A stretch of DNA of 64,000 nt. Origin: Escherichia coli. GTDB lineage: Bacteria; Pseudomonadota; Gammaproteobacteria; Enterobacterales; Enterobacteriaceae. Positions within the stretch are counted from its first letter, which is position 1. Each line of letters starts with the position of its first letter. The stretch lies in the NCBI RefSeq assembly GCF_044324785.1, contig NZ_CP172127.1; one strand, given 5' to 3'. The notes below the pieces were generated by a model, which did no database searches, was not told the origin of the DNA, and saw only the letters and a list, made by a program, of their open reading frames with translations. This document shows positions 1 through 10,967 of the stretch, piece after piece. Position numbers and translations under genes: made by a program.

Positions 1-405
1 AAATCCACGAATAACACTGGTGCGCATACCCATAGTTTAAGTGGCAGCACGAATGCAGCTGGTAATCACAGCCATAGAGATGGCCGTCGATTTAACCCCA
101 GTGTTTTTAAAGATACTTATCAATATGGTTATACAAGCTCAGGTCAAAATACCTGGGGTGTACAAGGCTCAGTAGGTATGTCTACGGGGTGGTTAGCGAA
201 TACCAGTACAGATGGTAATCATAGCCATTCACTGTCCGGCACAGCAGCATCTGCAGGTGCACACGCGCATACTGTCGGTATTGGTGCTCATACGCACTCC
301 GTTGCGATTGGTTCACATGGACACACCATCACCGTTAACGCTGCTGGTAACGCGGAAAACACCGTCAAAAACATCGCATTTAACTATATTGTGAGGCTTG
401 CATAA
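1..405 (+). CDS. Prophage side tail-fibre protein, C-terminal part (5' end lies outside the window)
   Basis: Frame 1 is open from base 1 to the stop at 403-405. Translation carries repeated G-x-H-x-H-S/T motifs and ends [18 protein letters not shown], typical of lambdoid side tail-fibre C-termini. It is followed directly by a tail-fibre assembly gene. Confidence 0.7.
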   Translation, partial: KSTNNTGAHTHSLSGSTNAAGNHSHRDGRRFNPSVFKDTYQYGYTSSGQNTWGVQGSVGMSTGWLANTSTDGNHSHSLSGTAASAGAHAHTVGIGAHTHSVAIGSHGHTITVNAAGNAENTVKNIAFNYIVRLA

Positions 406-980
406 TGGCATTCAGAATGAGTGAACAACCACGGACCATAAAAATTTATAATCTGCTGGCCGGAACTAATGAATTTATTGGTGAAGGTGACGCATATATT
501 CCGCCTCATACAGGTCTGCCAGCAAACAGTACCGATATTGCACCACCAGATATTCCTGCTGGCTTTGTGGCTGTTTTCAACAGTGATAAGGCATCGTGGC
601 ATCTCGTTGAAGACCATCGGGGTAAAACGGTTTATGACGTAGCGTCAGGGGACGCGTTATTTATTTCTGAACTCGGTCCGTTACCGGAAAATGTTACCTG
701 GTTATCGCCGGAAGGGGAGTTTCAGAAGTGGAACGGCACAGCCTGGGTGAAAGATGCAGAAGCAGAAAAACTGTTCCGGATCCGAGAGGCGGAAGAAACA
801 AAAAACAGCCTGATGCAGGTAGCCAGTGAGCATATTGCGCCACTTCAGGATGCTGTAGATCTGGAAATCGCAACGGAGGAAGAAACCTCATTGCTGGAAG
901 CCTGGAAAAAGTATCGGGTGTTGCTGAACCGTGTTGATACGTCAACTGCACAGGATATTGAATGGCCAGCACTGCCGTAG
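405..980 (+). CDS. tfaQ: Tail-fibre assembly protein (TfaQ/TfaR-like)
   Basis: 191-aa ORF starting [39 protein letters not shown]; its start overlaps the tail-fibre stop, the usual stf-tfa arrangement. Confidence 0.8.
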   Translation: MAFRMSEQPRTIKIYNLLAGTNEFIGEGDAYIPPHTGLPANSTDIAPPDIPAGFVAVFNSDKASWHLVEDHRGKTVYDVASGDALFISELGPLPENVTWLSPEGEFQKWNGTAWVKDAEAEKLFRIREAEETKNSLMQVASEHIAPLQDAVDLEIATEEETSLLEAWKKYRVLLNRVDTSTAQDIEWPALP

Positions 981-1077
981 GGTAAAACATATAAATTCTA
1001 TAATTAGATGTATCTTTCCATTTACGGCAAGGAAGGGGGCTTGGAAGACGTAAAGCATCTCACACCGAGATTATTTT

Positions 1078-1668
1078 TTATATGTCAGGTGTCTGAAGTT
1101 TTGCTTTGGCTCTTAAAATGGTTTGCCGCGAGGTTTTGAATTCCCGGGCAATGGCACTTATACTTACACCTGACTTAATTCGTTCGAATACCACCTGTTT
1201 CTGTTCTTCATTTAACACAGGTGGTCGACCAAAACGTTTCCCTGCGCCGCGGGCTCTTACTATCCCGGAATGAGTGCGTTCAAGTAAAAGGTCTCGTTCA
1301 AATTCAGCGACTGCTGAAATTACGTGCATCATCATTTTTCCTGTTGGACTGGTCAGGTCAATGCCCCCCAATGCTAAGCAATGCACTCTGATACCTGTTT
1401 CGGTCAGTTGTTCCACTGTTTTCCTGATATCCATTGCATTACAACCAAGGCGATCCAGTTTTGTCACAATCAATTGATCACCACATTTCAGGCGAGCAAG
1501 CAACCGGTTAAAACCAGGACGCTCACTGGTTGCTGCTGAGCCGCTAATGTGTTCTTCGATTATTTGCTGAGGTTTGATTTTAAAACCTGCACTTTCGATT
1601 TCCCGGCGTTGATTTTCGATGGTCTGATCCAGCGTTGATATCCGACAGTAAGCAAAAATTCGAGACAT
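1078..1668 (-). CDS. pinQ: Pin-family serine DNA invertase (site-specific recombinase)
   Basis: 196-aa [18 protein letters not shown]...; N-terminal resolvase/invertase catalytic domain plus C-terminal HTH, Hin/Gin/Pin family. Which Pin paralogue it is cannot be decided from sequence alone. Confidence 0.8.
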   Translation of the reverse strand: MSRIFAYCRISTLDQTIENQRREIESAGFKIKPQQIIEEHISGSAATSERPGFNRLLARLKCGDQLIVTKLDRLGCNAMDIRKTVEQLTETGIRVHCLALGGIDLTSPTGKMMMHVISAVAEFERDLLLERTHSGIVRARGAGKRFGRPPVLNEEQKQVVFERIKSGVSISAIAREFKTSRQTILRAKAKLQTPDI

Positions 1669-1984
1669 AGTGAGACTCTATACGAAATTGGTGTTCATAT
1701 CATAATGCATCTCAGAAAATAATTTTGATTATTTTTGTGCATATTTGTATGTACACGTTCGAAAATAAACGAATGCGTATGCAACCCCGTAATTTTGGTG
1801 AGACCCAAAATCGATTTTGTGAAAAATGGCTTTAACTCGGTTTGTTTTTCGAGTTCCGGGCGGACTCAAGGAAGAAGAATAGTGTTGCGTGTTATTTTAA
1901 CCAGATTTCAAGTTGTTTGGTCGTGGAAAAGTGGAGCAAAATGTTGTTAAAGTGGAAAAATGATAAAAAAGTAAGTTTATTATA

Positions 1985-2218
1985 TTACATTTTACCATTT
2001 AAATTTTGGTTGTCTTTAAGAACTGATATCGCTGTTTGTAATAATTCTTTGTTATCCAGCCATGATTTTTTCTTTATGTTTCCTTCAATGTAATCAAGCA
2101 ATGTTCTGGTATTGATAGGTCTTCCCTGTTTTGCTACTTCCACTACAGCATCCCCTAGGATAATTCTTACTTCAGGAAGCTGCGCAGGGAACCACTTTAG
2201 GGTGTCTTTTGATTTCAT
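1985..2218 (-). CDS. ydfK: Small prophage protein YdfK/YnaE-like (cold-shock induced)
   Basis: ORF 1985-2251; likely start at the internal Met (MKSKDTLKWFPAQLPEVRIILGDAVVEVAKQG...), about 77 aa. Sits next to the pin gene as in Qin/Rac. Confidence 0.6.
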   Translation of the reverse strand: MKSKDTLKWFPAQLPEVRIILGDAVVEVAKQGRPINTRTLLDYIEGNIKKKSWLDNKELLQTAISVLKDNQNLNGKM

Positions 2219-3003
2219 GAAGATATTCCTTAAAATATTATTGAGTTTCATTGCGATATTGTATGTCTGATTCAGGATATGTTGACTTATACATCGGTTT
2301 TGTCTGGGTTATTGGATATGCCAATCCCTAATTTTATTAGGGCATGACTAAAAATGCTGAATATGATAAGGAGAGAAGTGATTATCAGTATGCTGTTCAT
2401 ATAGCCTCGAATTAGTAATGTGTTATATATGATATAGTTGACAATTTTTATCTTGGGTGTTCTTAAAGTTCGTAGATAAACATTGTCGTTTCAGGTATAC
2501 AGGAATGCTAACAGGTGGCAGCAAAAATCAGGCGGTTTATGGCGCAAGCTGAAGCGGCAACTGCAAACTATCTTATGCAGAGACTCTACACGGATTGGGT
2601 TTAAAAGTATACATAGATAACAGTTTTTATCTGAAAAAGAAAAATATCAAGGTGATATAGCCTATATGCCTTTGATGCGGAGGAATGAATGTGATGGGAG
2701 TGATGTATCTGAATAGTTGAAAAACCGCAGACACGCCTTATGCAAGAACGTGCTGCGGTTGGCTGGTAAATTTTTCGATAGTGTGAGTATTGAATGATTT
2801 CCAGCCGTTCTTGATTTTACGCATAAATCCATGAAAAAACTACTTATCTGTTGGGGAGTTTTTTTGGGGCATATATGGGACAGAAATAGGCCCCAGATAG
2901 ACACTGAGATCGAACTTAGGATGCTTTTTAAAAAATGCAACTATCTGAAAAAACCTAGAAAACGCCAAGGAAACCACAGGATGGGAAAAAACACCTGTGA
3001 ATT

Positions 3004-4287
3004 ATGGATTTCCAGTTATATTCGCTCGGCGCAGCGTTAGTGTTTCATGAAATATTTTTTCCTGAATCATCAACGGCAATGGCGTTAATTCTGGCAATGG
3101 GAACCTACGGTGCAGGTTATGTGGCACGTATTGTCGGAGCATTTATTTTCGGCAAAATGGGCGACAGAATCGGGCGTAAAAAAGTGCTCTTTATTACCAT
3201 CACCATGATGGGGATCTGTACCACCTTAATTGGTGTGCTGCCGACCTATGCACAAATTGGTGTGTTTGCGCCAATTTTGCTGGTGACGCTGCGTATTATT
3301 CAGGGGCTGGGGGCAGGCGCGGAAATTTCCGGTGCCGGCACGATGCTGGCGGAATATGCACCAAAAGGTAAGCGCGGAATTATCTCCTCATTTGTTGCTA
3401 TGGGGACTAACTGCGGAACCTTGAGCGCAACGGCAATCTGGGCCTTTATGTTCTTCATTCTCAGTAAAGAGGAACTGCTGGCGTGGGGATGGCGTATACC
3501 GTTCCTGGCGAGCGTTGTCGTGATGGTCTTTGCTATCTGGTTGCGTATGAATCTGAAAGAAAGCCCGGTCTTTGAGAAGGTTAACGACAGCAACCAACCG
3601 ACAGCAAAACCTGCACCTGCTGGTAGCATGTTCCAGAGCAAATCCTTCTGGCTGGCAACAGGGCTGCGTTTTGGTCAGGCGGGTAACTCAGGTTTAATTC
3701 AGACTTTCCTTGCAGGCTATTTAGTGCAGACGTTATTGTTTAACAAAGCAATTCCAACAGATGCATTGATGATCAGTTCGATTCTCGGCTTTATGACCAT
3801 TCCGTTCCTTGGTTGGTTATCCGATAAAATTGGTCGCCGGATCCCGTATATTATTATGAATACCTCCGCGATTGTGCTGGCATGGCCAATGCTTTCTATC
3901 ATCGTAGATAAAAGCTATGCCCCGAGCACCATTATGGTTGCACTGATTGTGATTCATAACTGTGCGGTGCTGGGATTATTTGCTCTGGAAAACATTACCA
4001 TGGCAGAAATGTTCGGCTGTAAAAACCGCTTTACCCGGATGGCTATTTCTAAAGAAATTGGTGGTCTTATCGCTTCCGGTTTTGGTCCTATCCTGGCGGG
4101 TATTTTCTGCACCATGACGGAATCCTGGTATCCGATCGCCATTATGATCATGGCATATTCAGTGATTGGTTTAATCTCTGCGCTGAAAATGCCAGAGGTG
4201 AAAGACCGTGATTTAAGTGCGCTGGAAGACGCTGCGGAAGATCAACCGCGTGTTGTAAGAGCTGCGCAACCTTCCAGAAGTCTGTAA
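3004..4287 (+). pseudogene. ydfJ: MFS metabolite:H+ symporter YdfJ, apparently 5'-truncated at the prophage junction
   Basis: 427-aa ORF with 12-TM MFS character. It opens directly in a conserved helix (DFQLYSLGAALVFHEIFFP) with an in-frame TGA two codons upstream and no signal or N-terminal segment, consistent with prophage insertion into the 5' end. Confidence 0.55.
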
Positions 4288-4294
4288 ATCCTCC

Positions 4295-4327
4295 ATCCCT
4301 TCTCTTACCGGAGAGGGGATTTTTTAT
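4295..4327 (+). terminator. Rho-independent terminator downstream of ydfJ
   Basis: GC-rich hairpin (cccttctcttaccggagagggga) followed by a T6 run. Confidence 0.6.
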
Positions 4328-4376
4328 TCATATAACAAAACATGCAGCTTGCCATATTTAAATTTAAGGAATTGTT

Positions 4377-5837
4377 ATGGGAAATAATTTGTTATCAGCA
4401 AAAGCGACGCTCCCTGTTTATGATCGTAATAACCTGGCCCCAAGAATTGTTCATTTAGGCTTTGGTGCATTTCACCGTGCGCATCAGGGCGTGTATGCCG
4501 ATATTCTTGCTACGGAACATTTCAGTGACTGGGGATATTATGAGGTCAATTTAATCGGCGGCGAACAGCAAATTGCCGATTTACAACAGCAAGATAATCT
4601 TTATACCGTTGCGGAAATGTCGGCCGATGCGTGGACGGCTCGCGTCGTTGGCGTCGTTAAAAAAGCCTTGCACATACAAATAGATGGCTTAGAAACCGTG
4701 CTGGCCGCGATGTGTGAACCGCAAATCGCGATTGTCTCTCTGACAATCACCGAAAAAGGGTATTTCCACTCTCCGGCGACCGGACAGTTAATGCTCGATC
4801 ACCCGATGGTCGTTGCCGACGTACAAAATCCCCACCAGCCGAAAACTGCAACAGGGGTGATTGTCGAGGCGCTGGCTCGCCGTAAAGCGGCAGGACTTCC
4901 CGCATTTACCGTCATGTCATGTGACAACATGCCAGAAAACGGTCATGTTATGCGTGACGTTGTCACTTCCTACGCGCAAGCTGTTGATGTAAAACTGGCA
5001 CAATGGATCGAAGAAAACGTGACTTTCCCATCAACAATGGTGGACCGTATTGTGCCCGCAGTGACGGAGGATACGCTGGCGAAAATCGAACAACTTACCG
5101 GTGTGCGCGATCCTGCTGGCGTTGCCTGTGAACCTTTCCGCCAGTGGATAATAGAAGATAACTTTGTTGCCGGACGTCCGGAATGGGAAAAAGCGGGAGC
5201 CGAACTGGTTAGTGATGTGCTGCCTTATGAAGAGATGAAGTTGCGCATGCTCAACGGCAGTCATTCATTCCTGGCGTATCTGGGTTATCTTGCCGGATAT
5301 CAGCACATTAATGACTGCATGGAAGATGAACATTATCGTCATGCAGCGTATGCCTTGATGTTGCAAGAACAAGCGCCGACGTTGAAAGTGCAGGGCGTTG
5401 ATTTGCAAGATTACGCTAACCGATTAATTGAACGCTATAGCAACCCGGCGCTACGTCATCGAACCTGGCAGATTGCGATGGATGGCAGCCAGAAATTGCC
5501 ACAGCGGATGTTGGATTCTGTTCGCTGGCATCTGGCGCATGACAGCAAGTTCGATCTGCTGGCTCTGGGCGTCGCAGGTTGGATGCGTTATGTCGGTGGT
5601 GTTGATGAACAGGGAAATCCGATAGAAATCAGTGACCCACTGTTACCTGTTATTCAGAAGGCTGTACAAAGTAGTGCCGAAGGGAAAGCGCGCGTCCAGT
5701 CATTGCTGGCGATTAAGGCGATCTTTGGTGATGATTTGCCAGACAATAGCTTGTTTACTGCAAAAGTGACGGAAGCGTACTTGTCTTTATTAGCGCATGG
5801 TGCGAAAGCGACCGTGGCGAAATATTCCGTGAAGTAA
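4377..5837 (+). CDS. ydfI: Mannitol dehydrogenase-family oxidoreductase (D-mannonate/altronate oxidoreductase-like)
   Basis: 486-aa ORF with an N-terminal Rossmann GFGAFHRAH motif; long-chain mannitol dehydrogenase family. Confidence 0.85.
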   Translation: MGNNLLSAKATLPVYDRNNLAPRIVHLGFGAFHRAHQGVYADILATEHFSDWGYYEVNLIGGEQQIADLQQQDNLYTVAEMSADAWTARVVGVVKKALHIQIDGLETVLAAMCEPQIAIVSLTITEKGYFHSPATGQLMLDHPMVVADVQNPHQPKTATGVIVEALARRKAAGLPAFTVMSCDNMPENGHVMRDVVTSYAQAVDVKLAQWIEENVTFPSTMVDRIVPAVTEDTLAKIEQLTGVRDPAGVACEPFRQWIIEDNFVAGRPEWEKAGAELVSDVLPYEEMKLRMLNGSHSFLAYLGYLAGYQHINDCMEDEHYRHAAYALMLQEQAPTLKVQGVDLQDYANRLIERYSNPALRHRTWQIAMDGSQKLPQRMLDSVRWHLAHDSKFDLLALGVAGWMRYVGGVDEQGNPIEISDPLLPVIQKAVQSSAEGKARVQSLLAIKAIFGDDLPDNSLFTAKVTEAYLSLLAHGAKATVAKYSVK

Positions 5838-5844
5838 AAAAAGC

Positions 5845-5866
5845 AATGCCGCCATCGGCGGCATTC
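5845..5866 (-). terminator. Terminator hairpin between convergent ydfI and ydfZ
   Basis: Near-perfect hairpin aatgccgcc-atc-ggcggcatt preceded on the + strand by an A7 run (a T-run for the minus-strand transcript). Confidence 0.5.
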
Positions 5867-5872
5867 ACACGC

Positions 5873-6076
5873 TTAGTTCATGCCGAGACGAATCAGGTCC
5901 AGAGGTGCCAGTTTCTCTTCACAACCTTCAACAACTACGGTTTTTCCGCGGCGGATTTGCTCAGCGGTCAGACCTTCAGTATCAATCGACAGGATCTTGC
6001 CAGTGTGACCGGTGCCGCTAACCATAACACGGCTGCCAGTGGTGATTGCGTTACGGTTACGATCGTAGGTCGTCAT
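5873..6076 (-). CDS. ydfZ: Small conserved protein YdfZ (putative selenium-binding)
   Basis: 67-aa [70 protein letters not shown]. Confidence 0.75.
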
Positions 6077-6252
6077 AGGTGTTTTCTCCTTTCTGATTTA
6101 CAGTCGAAGCCCACGTAACGGGCGCAATATAAATACTCCTGTCGAGTGAAATATTTTTTGTTTTTGATCAAGCTCACATCTTTTTTGATGCATGCATGAG
6201 CCATATGACGGAGGGAAAAACTCTCACCCCGGATGGGATGAGAGGAAATGAA

Positions 6253-6939
6253 TTACTCTTCGCTAAACCAGTCGCTGTTTTCCTGGCGGATCTGGCGCAC
6301 GGATTCGCTGATTTCCTGCAAATGTTGCGTCATTGCACGTTCTACCGCATCGCCATCACGTTTTTGCAGGGCAGAGAAAATCTCAAGATGCTGGCGTAAC
6401 AGCATTTCTGGTGGAGAAACGTGGTCGAAACTCATATAGCGCACGCGATCAACGGTCGCTTTCAGGTTCTCAATGGTATCCCACGCCAGTTGACAGTCGG
6501 CAATCTGGGTCAAGAGTTGATGGAAGTTGTCATCAAGTTCAAAAAAATCATCCAGTTGTTTGCGCTCAATGGCAATGCGTTGCTGATGAAGATTTTGTTC
6601 CAGTTGGTAGCACTGGCTTTCGGTAATCATGCTCGCCGCCCGACGCGCCACCGCGCACTCAATGGCCTGACGGATAAAACTGCCGTTGCGCACCTGGGCC
6701 ATGGAAATTTTGTTGACGTAGCTGCCACGCTGCGGACGAATTTGAATCAGGCCGTTTTCCGCCAGTTTAATAAAGGCTTCACGAACCGGCTGGCGTGACA
6801 CATTGAAACGAACAGAAACTTCTTTTTCCGACAACGGTGTGCCTGGTGCAATCAGGCAATGGACAATGTCGCGACGAAGAATACGATAAATCTGCTGATT
6901 GACAGGCTGTGTGGGATTAAGTTGCGTTTCGACGGTCAT
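6253..6939 (-). CDS. ydfH: GntR/FadR-family transcriptional regulator
   Basis: 228-aa ORF with an N-terminal winged-HTH (GntR) and a FadR-like C-terminal domain. Confidence 0.8.
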   Translation of the reverse strand: MTVETQLNPTQPVNQQIYRILRRDIVHCLIAPGTPLSEKEVSVRFNVSRQPVREAFIKLAENGLIQIRPQRGSYVNKISMAQVRNGSFIRQAIECAVARRAASMITESQCYQLEQNLHQQRIAIERKQLDDFFELDDNFHQLLTQIADCQLAWDTIENLKATVDRVRYMSFDHVSPPEMLLRQHLEIFSALQKRDGDAVERAMTQHLQEISESVRQIRQENSDWFSEE

Positions 6940-7027
6940 TCGTTCTTGCTTGTGAGTGAGTTAACTGCATGAGTCTACCACTTTTTTGTGACAAGCAATA
7001 ACCCGGCAGTTACGCCGGGTATAAAAA

Positions 7028-7774
7028 TTACTGACGGTGGACATTCAGTCCGGCATAGCTTTGGGTAACCGGCATCATTTCCAGGGTATTGATATTGACG
7101 TGAGCAGGCAGCGTTGACACCCACCAGACGGCTTCGCTGACATCTTCTGGCGTCAATGCAACGGTATTTTGATAGGTTTTTTCCGCTTTACCGTCATCGC
7201 CTTTAAAGCGGACATTGGAAAACTCGGTGCCACCCACCAGACCCGGCTCGATGTCGGTGACGCGCACCGCCGTACCATGCAGGTCCGTACGCAGATTCAG
7301 GCTAAACTGACGAACAAACGCTTTCGTCGCACCGTAAACGTTACCACCGGCATACGGCCAGCTGCCTGCCGTTGAGCCAATGTTAATAATATGACCATGA
7401 TTACGTTCAACCATACCCGGTAAGACGGCGCGCGTCATATATACCAGGCCTTTGTTGTTGGTATCAATCATCGTTTCCCAGTCTTCAACGCTGGCTTTAT
7501 GCGCAGGCTCCATGCCCAACGCCAGACCGGCATTATTTACCAGGATATCAATATTGCACCACTCGGCAGGAAGCGATGCCAGCATCTCTTCAATAGCGGC
7601 GCGGTTGCGAACGTCCAGTTGGGCGATATAAAGATTATCTCCCAGTTCGTCTTTTAACTCCTGCAACCGCTCCTGGCGACGGCCAGTGGCGATAACTTTA
7701 TGCCCTTGTTGAATAAAACGACGAGTAATGCATTCACCAAAACCTGCCGTTGCTCCAGTTACTAAAACGATCAT
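7028..7774 (-). CDS. ydfG: NADP-dependent 3-hydroxy acid dehydrogenase (SDR family)
   Basis: SDR with a TGATAGFG cofactor motif; likely start at MIVLVTG (248 aa) rather than the ORF-track Met five codons upstream. Confidence 0.85.
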   Translation of the reverse strand: MIVLVTGATAGFGECITRRFIQQGHKVIATGRRQERLQELKDELGDNLYIAQLDVRNRAAIEEMLASLPAEWCNIDILVNNAGLALGMEPAHKASVEDWETMIDTNNKGLVYMTRAVLPGMVERNHGHIINIGSTAGSWPYAGGNVYGATKAFVRQFSLNLRTDLHGTAVRVTDIEPGLVGGTEFSNVRFKGDDGKAEKTYQNTVALTPEDVSEAVWWVSTLPAHVNINTLEMMPVTQSYAGLNVHRQ

Positions 7775-7910
7775 CTCACTGTTCCTCAACGCTTTTGTGT
7801 GTCAATAACATAGCACGTGATGCTTAAGAGCGGGTAATACTGGTTTGCAAGATTGCACTCCGTTATCAGTAAGCCTACGCTATGGAACACCTCGCGTTCA
7901 GGAGAAGAAA

Positions 7911-9956
7911 ATGACAACAATGAATCCTTTCCTTGTGCAAAGCACACTGCCGTATCTGGCTCCCCATTTTGATCAAATTTCCAATCATCACTATCGCCCG
8001 GCATTCGATGAGGGAATGCAGCAAAAGCGGGCAGAAATTGCTGCCATCGCGCTTAATCCGCAAACGCCTGATTTCAACAATACTATTCTGGCACTGGAAC
8101 AAAGCGGAGAATTACTTACCCGCGTTACCAGCGTCTTTTTTGCGATGACTGCGGCGCATACTAATGATGAATTACAGCGTCTTGATGAACAGTTTTCCGC
8201 TGAACTGGCGGAACTGGCTAATGATATCTATCTGAACGGTGAATTATTCGCGCGGGTAGATGCTGTCTGGCAACGCCGTGAATCCCTGGGACTTGATAGT
8301 GAATCCATCCGCCTGGTGGAGGTCATTCATCAACGTTTTGTCCTTGCCGGAGCCAAACTTGCACAAGCTGATAAAGCAAAATTAAAAGTACTGAATACAG
8401 AAGCTGCGACCCTGACCAGCCAGTTTAACCAGCGGTTACTGGCAGCAAATAAATCCGGCGGTCTGGTTGTGAACGATATCGCGCAGCTGGCAGGAATGAG
8501 TGAGCAAGAGATTGCGCTGGCGGCAGAGGCGGCTCGCGAGAAAGGTCTGGATAACAAATGGCTGATTCCGTTGCTGAATACCACCCAGCAACCAGCGCTT
8601 GCTGAACTGCGCGATCGCGCGACGCGTGAAAAACTGTTCACTGCGGGCTGGACGCGAGCGGAAAAAAATGATGCCAATGATACCCGCGCTATCATTCAAC
8701 GTCTGGTGGAGATCCGCGCGCAGCAGGCGAAACTGCTTGGTTTCCCTCATTATGCCGCATGGAAAATCGCCGATCAGATGGCAAAAACGCCAGAAGCAGC
8801 ACTCAACTTTATGCGGGAAATTGTTCCAGCGGCGCGTCAACGTGCGAGCGATGAATTAGCCTCCATACAGGCGGTTATCGATAAGCAGCAGGGCGGGTTT
8901 AGCGCGCAGCCGTGGGACTGGGCATTTTATGCCGAGCAGGTAAGACGTGAGAAATTCGATCTCGATGAAGCGCAGCTCAAGCCTTATTTCGAATTAAACA
9001 CGGTGTTGAATGAAGGCGTATTCTGGACTGCGAATCAGCTCTTCGGTATTAAGTTTGTCGAACGTTTTGATATTCCTGTCTACCATCCTGACGTTCGGGT
9101 GTGGGAAATTTTTGATCATAATGGCGTGGGGCTGGCGTTATTTTACGGTGATTTCTTCGCCCGTGATTCAAAAAGCGGCGGTGCATGGATGGGCAATTTT
9201 GTTGAGCAATCAACGCTGAATGAAACGCATCCGGTAATTTATAACGTCTGCAATTATCAGAAACCCGCTGCCGGTGAGCCTGCGTTGTTACTCTGGGATG
9301 ATGTCATAACCTTATTCCATGAATTTGGTCATACGCTGCACGGCCTTTTTGCCCGCCAGCGTTATGCCACGCTTTCCGGCACCAACACGCCGCGTGATTT
9401 TGTCGAATTTCCGTCGCAAATCAACGAACACTGGGCAACGCATCCGCAGGTATTCGCTCGCTATGCCCGGCATTATCAGAGCGGGGCAGCAATGCCTGAC
9501 GAACTGCAACAGAAAATGCGTAATGCCAGCCTGTTCAACAAAGGGTATGAGATGAGCGAACTGCTTAGCGCCGCACTTCTCGATATGCGCTGGCATTGCC
9601 TGGAAGAAAACGAAGCAATGCAGGATGTCGATGATTTCGAATTGCGGGCGCTGGTGGCGGAAAATATGGATCTTCCTGCTATACCGCCACGCTATCGCAG
9701 CAGTTATTTCGCCCATATTTTTGGTGGCGGATATGCCGCAGGTTATTACGCTTATCTGTGGACGCAAATGTTGGCCGATGATGGTTATCAGTGGTTTGTT
9801 GAGCAGGGCGGATTAACGCGTGAAAATGGGCTGCGTTTTCGCGAGGCGATCCTTTCCAGAGGTAACAGCGAAGATCTGGAACGCCTGTATCGACAATGGC
9901 GCGGTAAGGCACCTCAGATTATGCCGATGCTGCAACATCGTGGCTTGAACGTATAA
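7911..9956 (+). CDS. dcp: Dipeptidyl carboxypeptidase II (M3 zinc metallopeptidase)
   Basis: 681 aa from MTTMNPFLVQSTLPYLAPHF, with an AGGAGA ribosome-binding site at 7900-7905; HEFGH zinc motif present. Confidence 0.9.
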   Translation: MTTMNPFLVQSTLPYLAPHFDQISNHHYRPAFDEGMQQKRAEIAAIALNPQTPDFNNTILALEQSGELLTRVTSVFFAMTAAHTNDELQRLDEQFSAELAELANDIYLNGELFARVDAVWQRRESLGLDSESIRLVEVIHQRFVLAGAKLAQADKAKLKVLNTEAATLTSQFNQRLLAANKSGGLVVNDIAQLAGMSEQEIALAAEAAREKGLDNKWLIPLLNTTQQPALAELRDRATREKLFTAGWTRAEKNDANDTRAIIQRLVEIRAQQAKLLGFPHYAAWKIADQMAKTPEAALNFMREIVPAARQRASDELASIQAVIDKQQGGFSAQPWDWAFYAEQVRREKFDLDEAQLKPYFELNTVLNEGVFWTANQLFGIKFVERFDIPVYHPDVRVWEIFDHNGVGLALFYGDFFARDSKSGGAWMGNFVEQSTLNETHPVIYNVCNYQKPAAGEPALLLWDDVITLFHEFGHTLHGLFARQRYATLSGTNTPRDFVEFPSQINEHWATHPQVFARYARHYQSGAAMPDELQQKMRNASLFNKGYEMSELLSAALLDMRWHCLEENEAMQDVDDFELRALVAENMDLPAIPPRYRSSYFAHIFGGGYAAGYYAYLWTQMLADDGYQWFVEQGGLTRENGLRFREAILSRGNSEDLERLYRQWRGKAPQIMPMLQHRGLNV

Positions 9957-9967
9957 ACACCACCAAT

Positions 9968-9997
9968 GGCTGGCCTGGAGAAATCGCCAGGCCAGCC
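9968..9997. terminator. Perfect hairpin between dcp and the CinA-like remnant (possible bidirectional terminator)
   Basis: ggctggcctgg-agaaatcg-ccaggccagcc inverted repeat; no strong T-run on either side, so strength is uncertain. Confidence 0.4.
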
Positions 9998-10000
9998 TGG

Positions 10001-10099
10001 TTAGAGTAGTAATTGCAGCAGCTGGGCGAGGGCAAACCTCACCGCTAATGCTAATACCGTTTCGCAGTCGCCAGCAAAATTACTTTTTTTGTATACCCT
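10001..10099 (-). pseudogene. ydeJ: CinA-like (competence/damage-inducible C-terminal domain) ORF remnant, possibly a truncated ydeJ
   Basis: Minus-strand frame ending ...SNFAGDCETVLALAVRFALAQLLQLLL*, which resembles CinA-family C-termini. No start codon and no conserved CinA N-terminal motif within the roughly 320 bp available before ydeI. Confidence 0.3.
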
Positions 10100-10320
10100 T
10101 CCGTTATAATAATTTTCAAATTTATAAATCTGATTGTTCTGAAATATGTTTAAGACTCTTTAATCTTCTTCTTACTTTAGTGAGTAAAATTCTCTGAATA
10201 TTTGACAGTTAGTTGCCTGATTTTAAATGCCTTATAACAATTGGCAGTATTCTTATTTGTCAATTATAAAAATAGCAACCAGACTTAATAAGTCAAACCA
10301 AACGCAATTAAGGAGTCAGT

Positions 10321-10713
10321 ATGAAATTTCAGGCCATTGTATTAGCAAGTTTTCTTGTCATGCCTTATGCGTTGGCAGATGACCAGGGCGGATTAAAACA
10401 GGATGCAGCGCCACCGCCGCCTCATGCAATAGAAGATGGCTATCGTGGAACCGATGATGCAAAAAAAATGACCGTTGATTTCGCAAAAACCATGCACGAT
10501 GGCGCTTCGGTTTCACTACGCGGTAATTTGATTTCTCACAAAGGAGAAGACCGTTACGTTTTTCGCGATAAGAGCGGAGAAATTAATGTTGTTATTCCTG
10601 CGGCGGTCTTTGATGGACGAGAAGTTCAGCCGGACCAGATGATCAACATTAGCGGTAGTCTGGATAAGAAAAGCGCGCCGGCCGTCGTTCGGGTCACTCA
10701 TTTGCAGAAATAA
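10321..10713 (+). CDS. ydeI: Periplasmic OB-fold (BOF/YgiW family) stress protein
   Basis: 130-aa ORF with a signal peptide [19 protein letters not shown] and a BOF-family C-terminal region. Confidence 0.8.
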
Positions 10714-10967
10714 AAATAAATTAGCCTGATGGCCTGAACTACTGGGCCATTAGGGTATTGGGTTATGCTATTTGTCATCCTTTTATTTACGATAATGCAG
10801 AGGTAATTTACAGAATTAAACACTTTATTATCCGCTGATTTTGTTTTAAATCACAATGTTATCTCAGAGATGACTCATAACTTCGGATTTCTATGAAAAT
10901 ATTGACGTAATTTTGCTTTTCTCTCGTTAGAATAGCGCGCACAAGGAACTGTGAAAAAGGAGTTGCA

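Noticed and set aside
384-617. Antisense and embedded ORFs inside confidently assigned genes (for example 384-617, 3300-3641, 8330-8840, 24817-25365, 40623-41118, 41881-42582, 56846-57466)
   Set aside because: Each lies entirely within, and antisense or out of frame to, a longer ORF with clear family signatures. Translations are low-complexity or Arg/Cys/His-rich, typical of spurious frames.
980-1160. Possible Pin crossover site between tfa and pin (ttccatttacggcaaggaagg, and ggtttgccgcgaggttttg inside the pin 3' end)
   Set aside because: Only loose resemblance to gix/hix-type sites, and no matching inverted partner is visible within the window, so a recombination site cannot be supported.
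2252-3003. ORFs 2662-2940 (minus) and 2831-3040 (plus) in the prophage-chromosome junction
   Set aside because: Short, mutually overlapping, no ribosome-binding site or recognisable domain. The region is more likely non-coding junction DNA; left unannotated.
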